Below are positions 42,225-54,660 of a stretch of DNA of 64,000 nucleotides, piece by piece. How positions within the stretch are numbered: the first letter of the stretch is position 1; each line of letters starts with the position of its first letter. Both the position numbers and the translations under genes were made by a program. The stretch is from positions 3,534,001-3,598,000 of the forward strand of contig OZ231126.1 of assembly GCA_965153355.1 (NCBI GenBank), read 5' to 3'. The notes beneath the pieces are model-generated. The model saw only the letters and a program-made list of their open reading frames with translations. It was not told where the DNA came from and did no database searches. This DNA is from Flaccisagitta enflata (Eukaryota).

Positions 42225-45109
42225 GGAGAGGGGAGGAGGAGGAGAGGGGGAGAAGTGCGAGGTGATTGAGGAGACGAGGAAGTGAATGGTCCGAGGAGAG
42301 GGGAGGAGAGCTTGAGGGCGAGAGGGAAAAGTAAGGGCGATAGGGTGAATTAGGGTGATGGAAAGAGGCGTAGGGGAAAACGCGGAAGATAACAAACAAC
42401 TGCGTTAGATGATGCAGTAGTAAAGAGATGTGAGAGATGGGAGGCAAAAGCCGGCATCGCGACGCTAAACGGAATGGAAAGAAGTTAACTCTCGGGAGCG
42501 CAATGACCTCGATAAAGTGTATGGAATACCGCCACGTGGCCTATACAGATAGAATACACCCCCCGCCGCGACAAAGTGATGACGCATGGATTATAATGAC
42601 GACGTGGCGTGTGGCGTGGTGGCGTATGGGGACATCGTTACGCAGCGCAGTGGCATGTACAGAAGATCGTTATGCAATGTGGTGGTTGTGACGGCGTATG
42701 AACGTGGCGTAAGGACGTGGCGTAAGGACGTGGCGTGAGGACGTGGCCTCGAATGAAAACCGGAATGGCAGTGAAGGACCGAAGGTGGCGTTGACATCGA
42801 CTTTGCCGGCAAAAAAACTAACTCGCCGGACGGTCGCGTGTGCCGGCCAGATGATGTGGAGAAGAGGAAGAGAGGGAGCAGGAAGAGGGAGGAGGAAGAG
42901 GAAGAAGAGGAGGGAGAATAAAGAGCTCATAAAAGCGAAGAAGGGAGAGGTGGTGTAGCATGAAGAAAGAGAAAGACTAACAAACTACAGGCTGTAGTCC
43001 AGCAACAACGAGAAGAAAGAAAATAGCTTTTAGAATGTTGGCCTCAATATCAGCCGGCTTATCTCTTTGGTAAGCTTGATAGTTTTTTTTTTCGATTTTT
43101 ACCGCTAAGAGGAGGGGAAAAAGGAAGAAAATTATTGAAGTGTAAGATAATGACGAATCATTATTTTTGATTGAGCTACCATGTCAAAGTTAAAATTACA
43201 GCAAGACGCAATGTGAGTTATTTTTCCTAGGCTTTTTTTTATTGAACAGTGAAAATTGCATGAAATTCCGTTTGTTCTTGTAGCTCGTACTTAACCGGCG
43301 TTTGCTATTGCTCATGATTAATATCGCGTTGTTGTTCTTACTTGGCTTTACAACTTTTTTTTTGTCCTTCTTTTCCTGTATTGCTTTTCATGTGGTTTTA
43401 TAATACAAAAGCGGATTTTCGTAGCGTACTAGTCTTGACTACAAAATCTTACAATGATAATACATGTATGATGAAAATGTCTCTTCAACCGTCTAATGTG
43501 AAAAAAAACGTCCCGAAAGTCCGTCTTGGATATGTATACAACACCAAAATACTTAGAAAAATTATTTCAAATTGATCCTTCAATAAGTTTCATTGCCTCC
43601 CGTTTCACACATTCTTTTTTTGTGAATATGTGCATAAAAAAAAAACTAAAGAAGGAAAAAAAACGCGAAAAAAAAAAAAAATTGGCAGCAGTTTAGAATT
43701 TTGAAAAAGGTCAAATTTTCGATCTTTATTATTATTTTTTTTTTTCAAGACAATTTTTTTTTGCAGCGTGATTTTTTTTGCTTCTTGTTATTCTCCACCG
43801 AATTTCTTTTAATGACATTGAAGCAGTTCCACCTTGTGTTGAATATATAGAAATTGAATCTCAGCATCGAATTGATCAAAAAACCGCCATTTTCATGTTT
43901 ATCCCTTAAATGTATTTACGTCTTGGTGTTTTTATTTCTCGCTCTGACACTAGACAGTAAGCACTGAGCACTGAGCAGCCTGCTGCAAGTAGAACTAGTC
44001 AAGACCAATAATCATCCCATGCGGAAAACAGACATGCAGTTTGCATTTAGGTCATTGAGCAGTGGCAGATAATTGTGACGTAGACAAACCGATTGATACA
44101 ATGGCATAGCTAGCGAGTAAGAACTGTACTGTACCAAAACAAAGTTGCAGTTGAACTGGAAGTTGTTCCTAATGCCTAGTGTTAATCATAGACGCGGAAG
44201 GAAGAAACTGGCCTGGATAGACATCTAACCCAGTCACGTACAGGCACGTGCGGGTAGGCATGGGTATCGATGAAAAACACCATATAGGGCCATTTAAGGC
44301 CAGCAAAGCATTCAAGCAGAGGCTAAACAAAGTCGTGGCGCGTGTGAACTCTTTTCTACACTCGCGTCAGTAGCATCACGGACGAACGGACACGAACACC
44401 ATGGACAAAGACTCATAATTCGACCCAACTCTATAAGAGGCTTTGTCCGTCGGTCGGTCGGTCCATCAAACTTTACTTTTTTTACTACTTTTAGTCATTT
44501 TAGGTCATTGTAAGTTATCATAAGTCATTCTAAGTCATATTAAGTCATTTGAGTCATCTTACACCATTTTATGTCTTTTTTAACTCATTCCAAGTCATCT
44601 TGAGTAACCAAGAGTCAATTTAAGCCATCTCAAGTTATATATGTCCCACAGGCGACCTATAGGTGTTGGCCTTGTTCCGAAAAGGCCCGACAAGATTTAG
44701 TGTCAATGAAGAATAGACGGACCAAATGACCGCCTAAGTCGAGCGCGTTTGCGCATAAAAGAGGGAGAGGGAAAAAGAATGAATTGAGTGAGGTCAGGCT
44801 AACCTATCTCTTGTATCGGCTTTTCTTTTGATACTTCTTTCCTTTCATCGTTTCATATCATAGAAACAGCTCTCGAGCTCTCGAGAGCGCGAAGTGAGAT
44901 GACATGACATGGCATACGATTCCGCAATAGTGCGGTAGAACAGGTCTAGCCAGAGGAAGGCAGTCACCCCCATCGAAGAGTGGGAGCCCAGGCCCCTAAG
45001 GGGTCCGAGAAAGGAAAGGAAAAGTAGTGAGAAAAAGGAGGGAAAAAAAAGAAAAAAATGAAAAGAATTGTGGTAAAAAGAAGAAAGAAAAAAAAGAAGG
45101 AAAAAAAGC

Positions 45110-45181
<72 letters not shown>

Positions 45182-45275
45182 CAAGCAAGCCTAAGAGGCA
45201 GACAGGGGCCAAGGCAAGGGATAGGTGTATTACTCAATTACTGTTTTTTTTATGCTTATATTCTCTTTCGTTTTT

Positions 45276-45996
45276 GGGCAGCGGCCCCGAAGGGGACGAA
45301 GTCCTGTAGAACACAGGGGGACTTTTGTTCGTCCGTTCGTCCGTCCGTTCGTCCGTTCGTTCGTTAGTCCCCCCCTTCATCAGACCCCTCAGGCCTCAAA
45401 TTCAGCCTCTCAGGCCTCAAATCCAGCTTCTCAGGCCTCAGATCTGGCCTCTCAGGCCTCAAATCTGGCCTCTCAGGCCTCAAATCTGGCCTCTCAGGCC
45501 TCAAATCTGGCCTCTCAGGCCTCAAATCTGGCCTCTCAGGCCTCAAATCTGGCCTCTCAGGCCTCAAATCTGGCCTCTCAGGCCTCAAATCTGGCCTCTC
45601 AGGCCTCAAATCTGGCTTCTCAGGCCTCAAACCTGGCTTCTCAGGCCTCAAACCTGGCCTCTCATGCCTCAGATTAAGCCTCTCAGGCCTCAAATCAGTC
45701 CTCTGGTCTTTCAAGCCTTAATCCAGCTCTCTCAAGCCCTCTCAAGCTTCCAATTGGCATTCTCAGGCCTTATGTCAGCCTTCTTAGACCTCATTTTAGG
45801 CTCTTAAATGCCTTCAGTCAGCCCTCTATAGCATCTCATCCACTTCCTCAGGTAGGACGAACGAAAGTCCCCCTGTGTTCTACAGGACTTCGTCCCCTTC
45901 GGGGCCGCTGCCCTGCTTCCCCTCACTCCAATTCACAATCACTCAAAGCAGGGCAACGGGTATCGCTGACCACATATTGCCCTTGGGCGACCTGTT
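45276..45996 (+). mobile_element. Helentron-associated (HINE/DINE-1-like) element, family B, with 21-bp minisatellite
   Basis: T-run insertion site; ~55-bp inverted repeat gggcagcggccccgaaggggacgaagtcctgtagaacacagggg; (GTCC/GTTC)n; (tcaggcctcaaatctggcctc)n; 3' hairpin gcccttgggc followed by cctgtt. Confidence 0.72.
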
Positions 45997-46014
45997 AGTT
46001 TTTTTTTCCTTTTT

Positions 46015-46724
46015 GGGCAGCGGCCCCGAAGGGGACGAAGTCCTGTAGAACACAGGGGGACTTTCGTTCGTCCGTTCGTCCGTCCGTTCGTCCGTTCGTT
46101 CGTTAGTCCCCCCCTTCATCAGGCCCCTCAGGCCTCAAATCTGGCCTCTCAGGCCGTAAATCCAGCCTCCCAGGTTTCAAATCCAGCCTCCCAGGCCTCA
46201 AATCTGGCCTCTCAGGCCTCAAATCTGGCCTCACAGGCCACAAATCTGGCCTCTCAGGCCACAAATCTGGCCTCTCAGACCTCAAATCTGGCTTCTCAGG
46301 CCTCAAATCCAAATTATCAGGCCTCAAACCTGGCCTCTCATGCCTCAAATTAGGCCTCTCAGGCCTCAAATCAGCCATCTAAACCTTTATTTATTGCTCC
46401 CAGGCTTCAAATCAGTCCTCTGGCCTTTCAAGCCTTAATCCAGCTCTCTCAAGCCTCAAGTTAGCCCTCTCAAGCTTCCAATCGGCATTCTGAGGCCTTA
46501 TATCAGCCTTCTTAGACCTCAGTTTAGGCTCTTGAATGCCTTCAGTCAGCCCTCTATAGCATCTCATCCACTTCTTCAGGTAGGACGAACGAAAGTCCCC
46601 CTGTGTTCTACAGGACTTCGTCCCCTTCGGGGCCGCTGCCCTGCTTCCCCTTACACCAATTTACAATCACTCAAAGCAGGGCAACGGGTATCGCTGACCA
46701 CATATTGCCCTTGGGCGACCTGTT
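46015..46724 (+). mobile_element. Family B HINE-like element, adjacent tandem copy
   Basis: Same architecture as 45276-45996, separated by a short T-rich linker. Confidence 0.72.
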
Positions 46725-48299
46725 TTTTTGTAAAACACCATTTCCAGGTTGCAAGTCCTGGAAGAAGAGAAATGAGTGCTGAGGAGGGGGGTGGAGAGGC
46801 AGCAGAAAGCGGCCACCACACCAAAAACGTAAAAAAAATCAAGAGTAATGTTTAGCTCATCCTAACAAGTCTCCCAGACAGCAGTGGTCAGTGGTACCAA
46901 TCGCTCCTAAGTTAGGACCCCATGCTTGGATGTCGTAGTGGCCACGAAGGAGTGGATGACCTATACTAGGTTCAGATTGGAGCAGGATCTGAGCACGGAG
47001 CCTGAGAATTGAGCAGAGGCTGTATGAAAGCAGAGGTTCAAAAAATGACTTAATTTACATTCAAAAGAATGTAGTTCGAAGTGCTCTGTTATTCGTGTTT
47101 ATGTCCAGCTCGACGCCGAAGCGCTGCAGAGCGAGTGAGCAGAGTGAGCGGTGCGAGCGAACGAACGTAACGAGCGACCGAGTGGCCCGTTCAAAACGTG
47201 ATTGTTTCTGACTAGAAACGCCCCTTAGTATACTTGAGTGGGACAAAGTGGGGAAAAAAAAACTCGTGACAGTGCAATGACGCTTACAGGAATTATACGG
47301 TACATCTGTTAATGGAACAAGGCCGGCTACACGGCCAATACCAGTCGCGGACGGGTGGGCAGGGGCGGCAAGGCGAGTTTTCCCACTTTTTGACTCGAGC
47401 GTGACGGACCGACCAACCGACCAACCGACGGACGGACGGACAAAGCCTCTTACAGAGTCGCTAGTCCGCGACTAAAAAGAGGCGCTACATTGCACACATC
47501 AAACACAAAGAGGTCCCCGCCATGCGGACCTGATGGTCTGCCCAGGGGTACTAAACTTCAACTTCAACTTCAAAGGCAACGGCATCGACAAAGACGTCAA
47601 AATTTTCTTTATTCTTGTTTTTGTCCAGCTGTATGGGATGAAAGCTGTAAAAGCAGCTTGGCGGGACCCTATTAATGCCATGGAAGAATGTGATGAATAT
47701 TTTCGTGGAGTAGTCATAGCTCCAGATGGTATAATCGTCCCGCCGATAACTTCGACCCTGCAGCCGTGAGGGATCAGGTGCAGGCTTGTAGAAAACCAGT
47801 TGCTTTCGTCTCCTTTCCCACGGATCAGCGCCACGGGACAATATTGTCATATGACTTGTTGTCATGTCATATGACTTGTTGTCATATTGTCATATGATAT
47901 AGATTTTTGCGGCCCCAGTCATGCTTTAGAGCTTGTTTTTAGGTAATCCTTTGTCATAGCGAGGGAAAGTGAAACTTTTGAGTCGCGTTTTTCATAGTGG
48001 AGTTAGTGTATGACGCAGCATGTAAATATTTGTCAGTGAAGTAGATCTGATGGCGTTTTGATTTGTACTTTTTTATACAATGTAGCCATGAAGCTGCTGA
48101 ACACAAATCATTAACAAACAGCAACATTTAGGCAGCGGCCCTTAGGCTTAGCGGCTTCCCATTTTTTTAGCTGAAAAGGCAGGATTCGAACCCATGAAAA
48201 TCTTCGCTTTCCCTGCTTTGATTGTTTTCATTCAAAACTTGTCCTTACGAAAACATTTGTTTTTAAAACATTTGAACATTGGAAACGAGGTAAATTTTC

Positions 48300-48930
48300 C
48301 ATGAATCCCAACCCAGCGCCAGATGTAAATGAGACTCCTGCGACATCCATCCCTGTCGAGAATTTCCAATCTGGAAAACACGTCTTAGAAGTCAATGGCT
48401 GCCGTTGCTCGAAAACGGAGTCATTGTTGCAATAACACCAGCACGTCAACAATTCCTCTGCAAACAGTGGCTACCAATCGAACTAAATGCCATAACTCGC
48501 GATGTCCTCAGAAACTGCACAGGCCTGTATATTCTTGAGTTCCCTCCCCCCGGTGGGTAGGAGGAAATCAAAGAGGGAAAAAAAGAGAAAAAAAGAAAAT
48601 TGGGGGAAAATTTAACTTTTGGCAGTACCAAATCATAAATACTGATTAGTAAAACACTAAAACATAATTTAACCCTTAACTACACTGTTCAACTGCCTTA
48701 TGGGGAAGAAAATCATAGATTTTGAAACACGACGCGACGCGGGGAAGAAAATCAAAGGCAGGGGGGGGGGAATCAAAAGCGACTCAAGAATATACACCCC
48801 TGATTAACTGCATCAAAGGCAATTGGGAGGAACTCGAGGTTGAGCTCCAAAGCCTGCTTATTGACCCACGGGAAAAATACAAATGGCGAATATCAATAAA
48901 AGTTCCGTCAAATGGGATGGAAAAGCGAAA
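48300..48930 (+). pseudogene. Degenerate coding remnant (possibly retrotransposon Gag-like) split by a MITE
   Basis: Removing the MITE restores QWLPLLENGVIVAITPARQQFLCKQWLPIELNAITRDVLRNC|IKGNWEELEVELQSLLIDPREKYKW, with frameshifts on either side. The family assignment is a guess. Confidence 0.35.
48520..48802. mobile_element. hAT-type MITE (same family) interrupting a degenerate ORF
   Basis: Same termini and internal sequence as 37492-37815; flanks aaactgca / (at)taactgca form an imperfect TSD. Confidence 0.78.
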
Positions 48931-49172
48931 ATTTCCAAGCTCTTGCCAGTTGCCACTAGGGTCAAGAATGCCCTTATGATACATGAGAAACAGACAAACT
49001 GGGATGACAAATTTCCAAGGTCTTGTCAGTTGCCACTAGGGTCAAGAATGCCCTTATGATCTATGAGAAACAGACCCACTGGGATGACAAATTTCCAAGC
49101 TCTTGCCAGTTGCCACAAGGGTCAAGAATGCCCTTATGATCCATGAGAAACAGACCAACTGGGATGACAAAT
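48929..49172 (+). repeat. 80-bp tandem repeat, 3 copies
   Basis: aaatttccaagctcttgccagttgccactagggtcaagaatgcccttatgat...ctgggatgac x3. Confidence 0.9.
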
Positions 49173-50344
49173 TTTTATTTTGATTCAAAGGAGCTTTGGC
49201 TCAAATCTTGGTTGCAATGAGGACGCAATTTAAAATTGTTGTTTTTTTTTTTTTTTCCTTTTTTTTTTTTTTTTTTTTTGCAAATCTGCACTGTGTCTCC
49301 ATCATGAAAATATACCACGTGCTAGGTGTTGACGGTTAAAGGATGCTGATCATTGACGACTACGCACTGGTCGGCGTCACTGGTGTAAAAGAATAACAAA
49401 TGGGTAAATGATCACTGGGAATGATATTCCGACGGATAAAGAGCTAACAACGATCGAAGCTATAATTACTCCACGGTAATATTCATCACATTCTTCCATA
49501 GCATCAATAGAGTCCCGCCATGCTGCTTATACAGTTTTTCATCCCCTACACAGCTTGACGCCGCTCTAAGGGAATTAAATTTGTGCTAACACCCCTGACA
49601 AAACTGGGAACATATGTCATAAGGAGTGAAATATTGGCCCCGGCTCTACTATCTTGGAACAAGGCCAAGTAGGCCAATAAGGTGCGACGTGTGGATCGTC
49701 GAACGAATGCGTTACCCGACAGACCAACCGACCAACCAACGGACACAGCCAGTTATAGAGGTGCTTTGTCGCACCTAAAAAGAAATCTTTACTCACGTTT
49801 TAACAAATATCTCTAATTATAGGCGCCTGATCTTAAAAAAATTGGTGACAAAATTAAAGCCCTTCAAATTTGCAAGCAATCTACGCAAACCGCATCTCTC
49901 TAACTCAATGCGTTCAAAAGTTATTTAACTTTGAATGAAATCTTTCAATTTAGCTTTTGCCATTTCTACATGATCTTTAACAATATCACTTCACTCTTTT
50001 TTAAATTACTTCTAAATTAGTTGAGTTAGACAGATGTGGTTTTCGTAGACTGCTTGCAAATTTGAAGGGCTTCATTTATGTCACCTATTATTCTATGATT
50101 TGTGGAGTCTATTTGGGGCTTTAAGTCCAAACGTAGCAAAGGAAACGAATCAAGAAAATGGCAAGAATGGTGTGGAGCTCCATCACTCCAGAATTCCTCA
50201 AGAAGCTCTACAAAAGACTTCCCCGATGAATGGCGGCTGTGGTTCAATCAAAGGGGGCTCACTCTAAATATTTATGGATTTTAAATTGATTTGCATTCAT
50301 TTCTACCTCACTAAATGAACTTTTTTTTCAAATTGTAAAGATTT

Positions 50345-50960
50345 TTTTTTCCAAGATAGTACAAGATTTGAAATAGAAATAGCAAAAATATCATACTTTG
50401 ACATAGTAAAGCAAACGAGAGGAATTGTTCATCGGTAGAAGGGTGAGAAGGTAATGAATGATATTTTATTCGTCATGAAATGACAGAAACACAAAAACAA
50501 CCATACAAGACTACCACCTAAAGACTACAAACTAAATTTTAGTCGTCGTCGTCTTCAATCCGTTCCGACAAGTAGATCACTGTCGAGCGTTGATTTGTAT
50601 CGTTGGAGCAGCGGAGATTTCCGGTGATGAAGGAATGAGATCGTCATTTGAAGATTTCGTAGATGCTAGGAAAGCCAAGAGTTTCTCGAAGGAAGCGCGT
50701 GCTCTCCCAGCGGTTATAGGAGTAGATTTTTCGTAATGCATCGTTGATGGCAGTGTTGCAGTCTCGCATATCAGAATTGGAAAATTCTACCGTCTCGGCA
50801 CCATACGACAAGATTGGTACGCAATTACTATACAAAAGGTTCATGAGAACCAGCTTATCAGATTTACGCAACACAGATAGTATTGAATTAACAGCCCGGT
50901 AAAAAGAGGCCAATGCTGGTCTTGCAGAAAAACCCAGACTAGGTCCAGCAGCAACCGTTA
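50345..50960 (-). mobile_element. 5'-truncated non-LTR retrotransposon (LINE) 3' fragment
   Basis: Minus-strand peptide ...LLYSNCVPILSYGAETV...INDALRKIYSYNRWESTRFLRETLG resembles the post-RT C-terminal region of LINE ORF2; followed by a 3' UTR ending in an A-rich tail. Confidence 0.7.
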
Positions 50961-53237
50961 CTCAGAAATGGCAAATTAGGTTTTTACTAATTTTCCCCAC
51001 AATACTTTTATATAAAGAAGGTACGTATTTATATTTACAGCTGTTTTTCATGGCCTGTACCCAGTCCATTTGACTTTGATGGCTGGAGACTTACTACTTA
51101 AATGATTCTAAGGAAATGGGGCCAAGAAAAGGACAGGGGCAACCCTTAAAACTAATAGAATTGTGCTCTAAGTACATTACTAATAATGGACAAAGTGCGA
51201 CCGTCTCTTGTCAGAAAATGATGTTATGATGACTTGAATAGGCTTTAAACCTAGTATTTGAATAATTTTTGACGTAACTTGAATCGAATTTACACCAGAG
51301 TGTGTGGAAATGCATCACAGATTTGTTGGGTCGGAAATTTCAAAAATCTTTTTTTCATTTTATGTTGAATAAAAAAGTATTCTGAGCATAATCAATGCTG
51401 CTAAAATTTTTTTTAGGTTACTAAATCAAAAGGCAGCGATGAAAATCAGTTTAACGCCCGATAAGACATTGTTACCACAACTTTTTCCATCTATCTTAGT
51501 TCGTATGATCATGGGCCATTATATCTAGCAAGTTGACCATGATTGTAGGGGAATTGATTCCATGAGCGCAAGTTGTTGAAAAAATCGCATCAGTCAAAAT
51601 CACTCCTTACCCCTCGGAGTTCACGGGAAAGATACCTTGGCAAAATCCATAACAACATTGTAGTTATTTCCTTGATATGTTGCCGCAAAATTGAAGCCAG
51701 ACGAATTTGCTTTTTGCAAGTTCCTTTTATATTTTTTTGGAACAAAGATAAATTCCTGAGCATTTCGCAACTGATTTTGGTTTCACTGATTGCTACTTCA
51801 GAAACAGACTCTTGTATGAGATATGTATCCCAAAGTGACATTCAACCTCAGTTCGCCTAATTTTGTCAGGGGTGTTCTGACCAACATAGTGGCTTAGGAC
51901 AACGTTGACAACGACAACGACGAGCATGACTTGGGATTTTATGACATTTAAATTCAAATGCGTTTGCCATTTGTCAGGCTGTCAGCTGTCAGCTGCAATC
52001 GTGCAACTCCTTTCGTAAAAAAAAACATTCCTCTCTCAGTTCCCACAGATGAAATATATTCTTATCACGTAGAAAGATGTATATAAAAGCCACAAAATTA
52101 TTCTCATGATATTGTCTCTGATGAAAAATTATCTGAAGAAGAAGAACACCAGCTAAATCAAAATTAACACAAAAAGGCAAAAAAGGTGAGTTACCATTAA
52201 CAAGCCTAGTACCTAGGGCAACGATGTGTTCCTTTTACGCATTTTTTAAAGTTACAACAGATTATTCTTTCCAAGTCTCAAAGTCATTAATTTTAACTCA
52301 TTTTGAAGCTCAATCCTTTGCTGTGGTATACTTGATATACGTATACTTATAAATATAAAGACAGAATCTGGAATAAAATTGTTACGGCCTGTTAAGCTGT
52401 GGGAAATGTATTTGTTCGTAGAAACATATTAGCACTTTAGTTTTTGCTCACATTGTTTTACTTACACAAAGCCTCTAGCTATTTGCAAATTTCAGTATTT
52501 TTTTTTTCAACAACACTAGGGCCGATGTCCTAAGCTTTCACACATCTTTTTGGACACTTTCGTCTTTACAGGTTTTGTCTTCTTTTAATATTCTTCCTTC
52601 ATACTTTTCAAAGCCCGGGAAAATGTTCAACAAGAAATTGGCCGTTGTGTTGATTTTCCTTCTCGTCTCAGTCATTATGGCTGAAAGGTAAGATCAACAC
52701 TAGGGTGGTCGGGGATAAGGGTAAAATCACATTGCATATATGTACCAAATTAGAAGGGTTTCCCACATACACAAGGAGAGGTCTGAGTTTGCAATGCGTC
52801 GCGAGGAAGAAAATCAAAGGCAGGGGTGGGAATGAAATCAAAAGCCGCTCAATTATATACACTACTGTTGATTTCACACCCCAACTAGTGAGAAATCCTT
52901 CTTTTATTGTGCAAAGGGTCCAAGTATATCAATGTTTGTAATCTGATCAAATTCCCAACCACCCTGAGGTAATACCAGGGGTGTATAACTGTATATTATT
53001 GAGTCGTTTTGATTCTCTGTCTCTGTCTTTCTGCCTCTTTCTGTCTTTCTACCTCTGTCTTTCTGCCTCTCTCTGTCTTTCTCTTTCTCTAAATATTTAC
53101 GACTTTTTTCCTACGGCGATTAGCCGCCTTTATTGGCAGATGAGCTTCACGAGAGCGCGTGCTAAGAGATTGAACAAAATTAAGCCTTTTTAGGTGAAGC
53201 TGCCTTGTAGTCCTTGTACGTATGTAAAAACAACTGA

Positions 53238-53703
53238 AAAATAGTCGCAAAAGCGTTAGATGGTCAGCGGTACCCGTTGCCCCTGTGTTTGTGTAAGTGA
53301 GTGTGATGGTGAGAGGGGCAGCGGCCCCGAAGGAGCCGGTGACCTATGCTCAGTAAGTTTGGGAGCTTGAGGCTGGAATTTGAGCCTTGCTGCAAGGATT
53401 TAAGCCTCAAAGCTGGAATTTGAAACTCGAGGCTGGAGTTTGAGCCTTAAGGCTGAAATTTGAGCCTCAAGGCTGGATTTTGAGCCTCGAGGTTGGTATT
53501 TGAGCCTTGAGGCTGGAACTATAGCTTCCAGGCTGGAATTTGAGCCTCGAGGCTGGAATTTGAGCCTCATGGCTGGAGTTTAAACCTTGAGGCTCAGAAG
53601 GGGGGGGGGACGGACGAGGGAGAAGGAGGAGAAGAAAGAGGAGGAGAAATTTCCCCTATGTGTGAATGCATAGGTCATCGGCCCCTTCAGGGCCGCTGCC
53701 CAA
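53238..53703 (-). mobile_element. HINE-like element, same subfamily as 23150-23865
   Basis: Near-identical termini, shorter 20-bp array. Confidence 0.72.
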
Positions 53704-54035
53704 TCATAGATTCACCTTCGAATATTATACTTGATTGTCGGCATGGCGTACTATTCCTGCCCTCATAACATTTTTGATTCATTTCTTTTTTCCAGATTTG
53801 ACGCACGTCAGGCGAATGTGAATCTGGGGAAAAGGAGAGCAGAAACTCCGAAACGTGGTACTACTTTTTTAGTCACGTGCACGCGACTCTACAACTCGCT
53901 CAGTCCGTCTGACTGTCCGTCTGTCGGTCGGCTGGTCGGTCCATAGCTTTTTGTTATTACAAGCCATTTTCATTCATTTAAAATTATTTAAAGACAGTTA
54001 ATTTAGTCTTTTGGTCTTTTTGTCTTTTAATCTTA

Positions 54036-54660
54036 ACGGTTAGCAGGGTCCAGAAATGTATAAAAAGTGTGATCTAATTCTATCCACTTGTCGCAAGACC
54101 AATTTTAGGGTGGGGAATCAGCTCAAATCACCAAAAAAGTTCTCTGGTCAAAATTTGGGACGCTACTGCTGCATATCTCAGGTCAGAAGGCCATATTAGG
54201 TCAAAATGTGGGAATTATGAAAATCTGATTGCAGATTCAGAATCTTTGCAAAAAAAGCAAACGGAAACAGTTCTTCTTTTTTAGATATTCCAACTAGAAC
54301 ATGATCTGATATAACTTCAAAGGTCATATTCAAGTCAAATTTGCTCTTTTGTTTGAAATTTATTTTTTTTTAAGCACTTGATGATAATTTTGACTGCGTT
54401 TCAGATAGAATATCAAAAAAAGCACATGCTTTATGTAGTTTTTTTGCAAGGATTCTGAATCTGCAATCAGATTTTCAAAATTCCAATTTTGAAATTTTAA
54501 CCATTTATAGCTTTTTGACCTAAGATATGCAGCGGTAGCGTCCCAATTCTTGGCCAGAGAATTTTTTCAATGGTCTGAGCTGATTCCCTCTTGTGACAAG
54601 TGGATGATATTCGATCATACTTTTTATACATCTCTGGACATTGTTAATCTTATGGCCTTA
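54036..54660. mobile_element. Foldback MITE inserted in a Helentron-like element (53865-54695)
   Basis: Arms tccagaaatgtataaaaagt / actttttatacatctctgga and aaaatctgattgcagattcagaat / attctgaatctgcaatcagatttt. Confidence 0.72.

Noticed and set aside
45276-45360. Self-cleaving ribozyme (hammerhead/HDV) in the structured repeat ends
   Set aside because: No CUGAUGA/GAAA core found and I could not build the HDV double pseudoknot by eye; the structure is explained by element inverted repeats. An Infernal/Rfam scan would be decisive.
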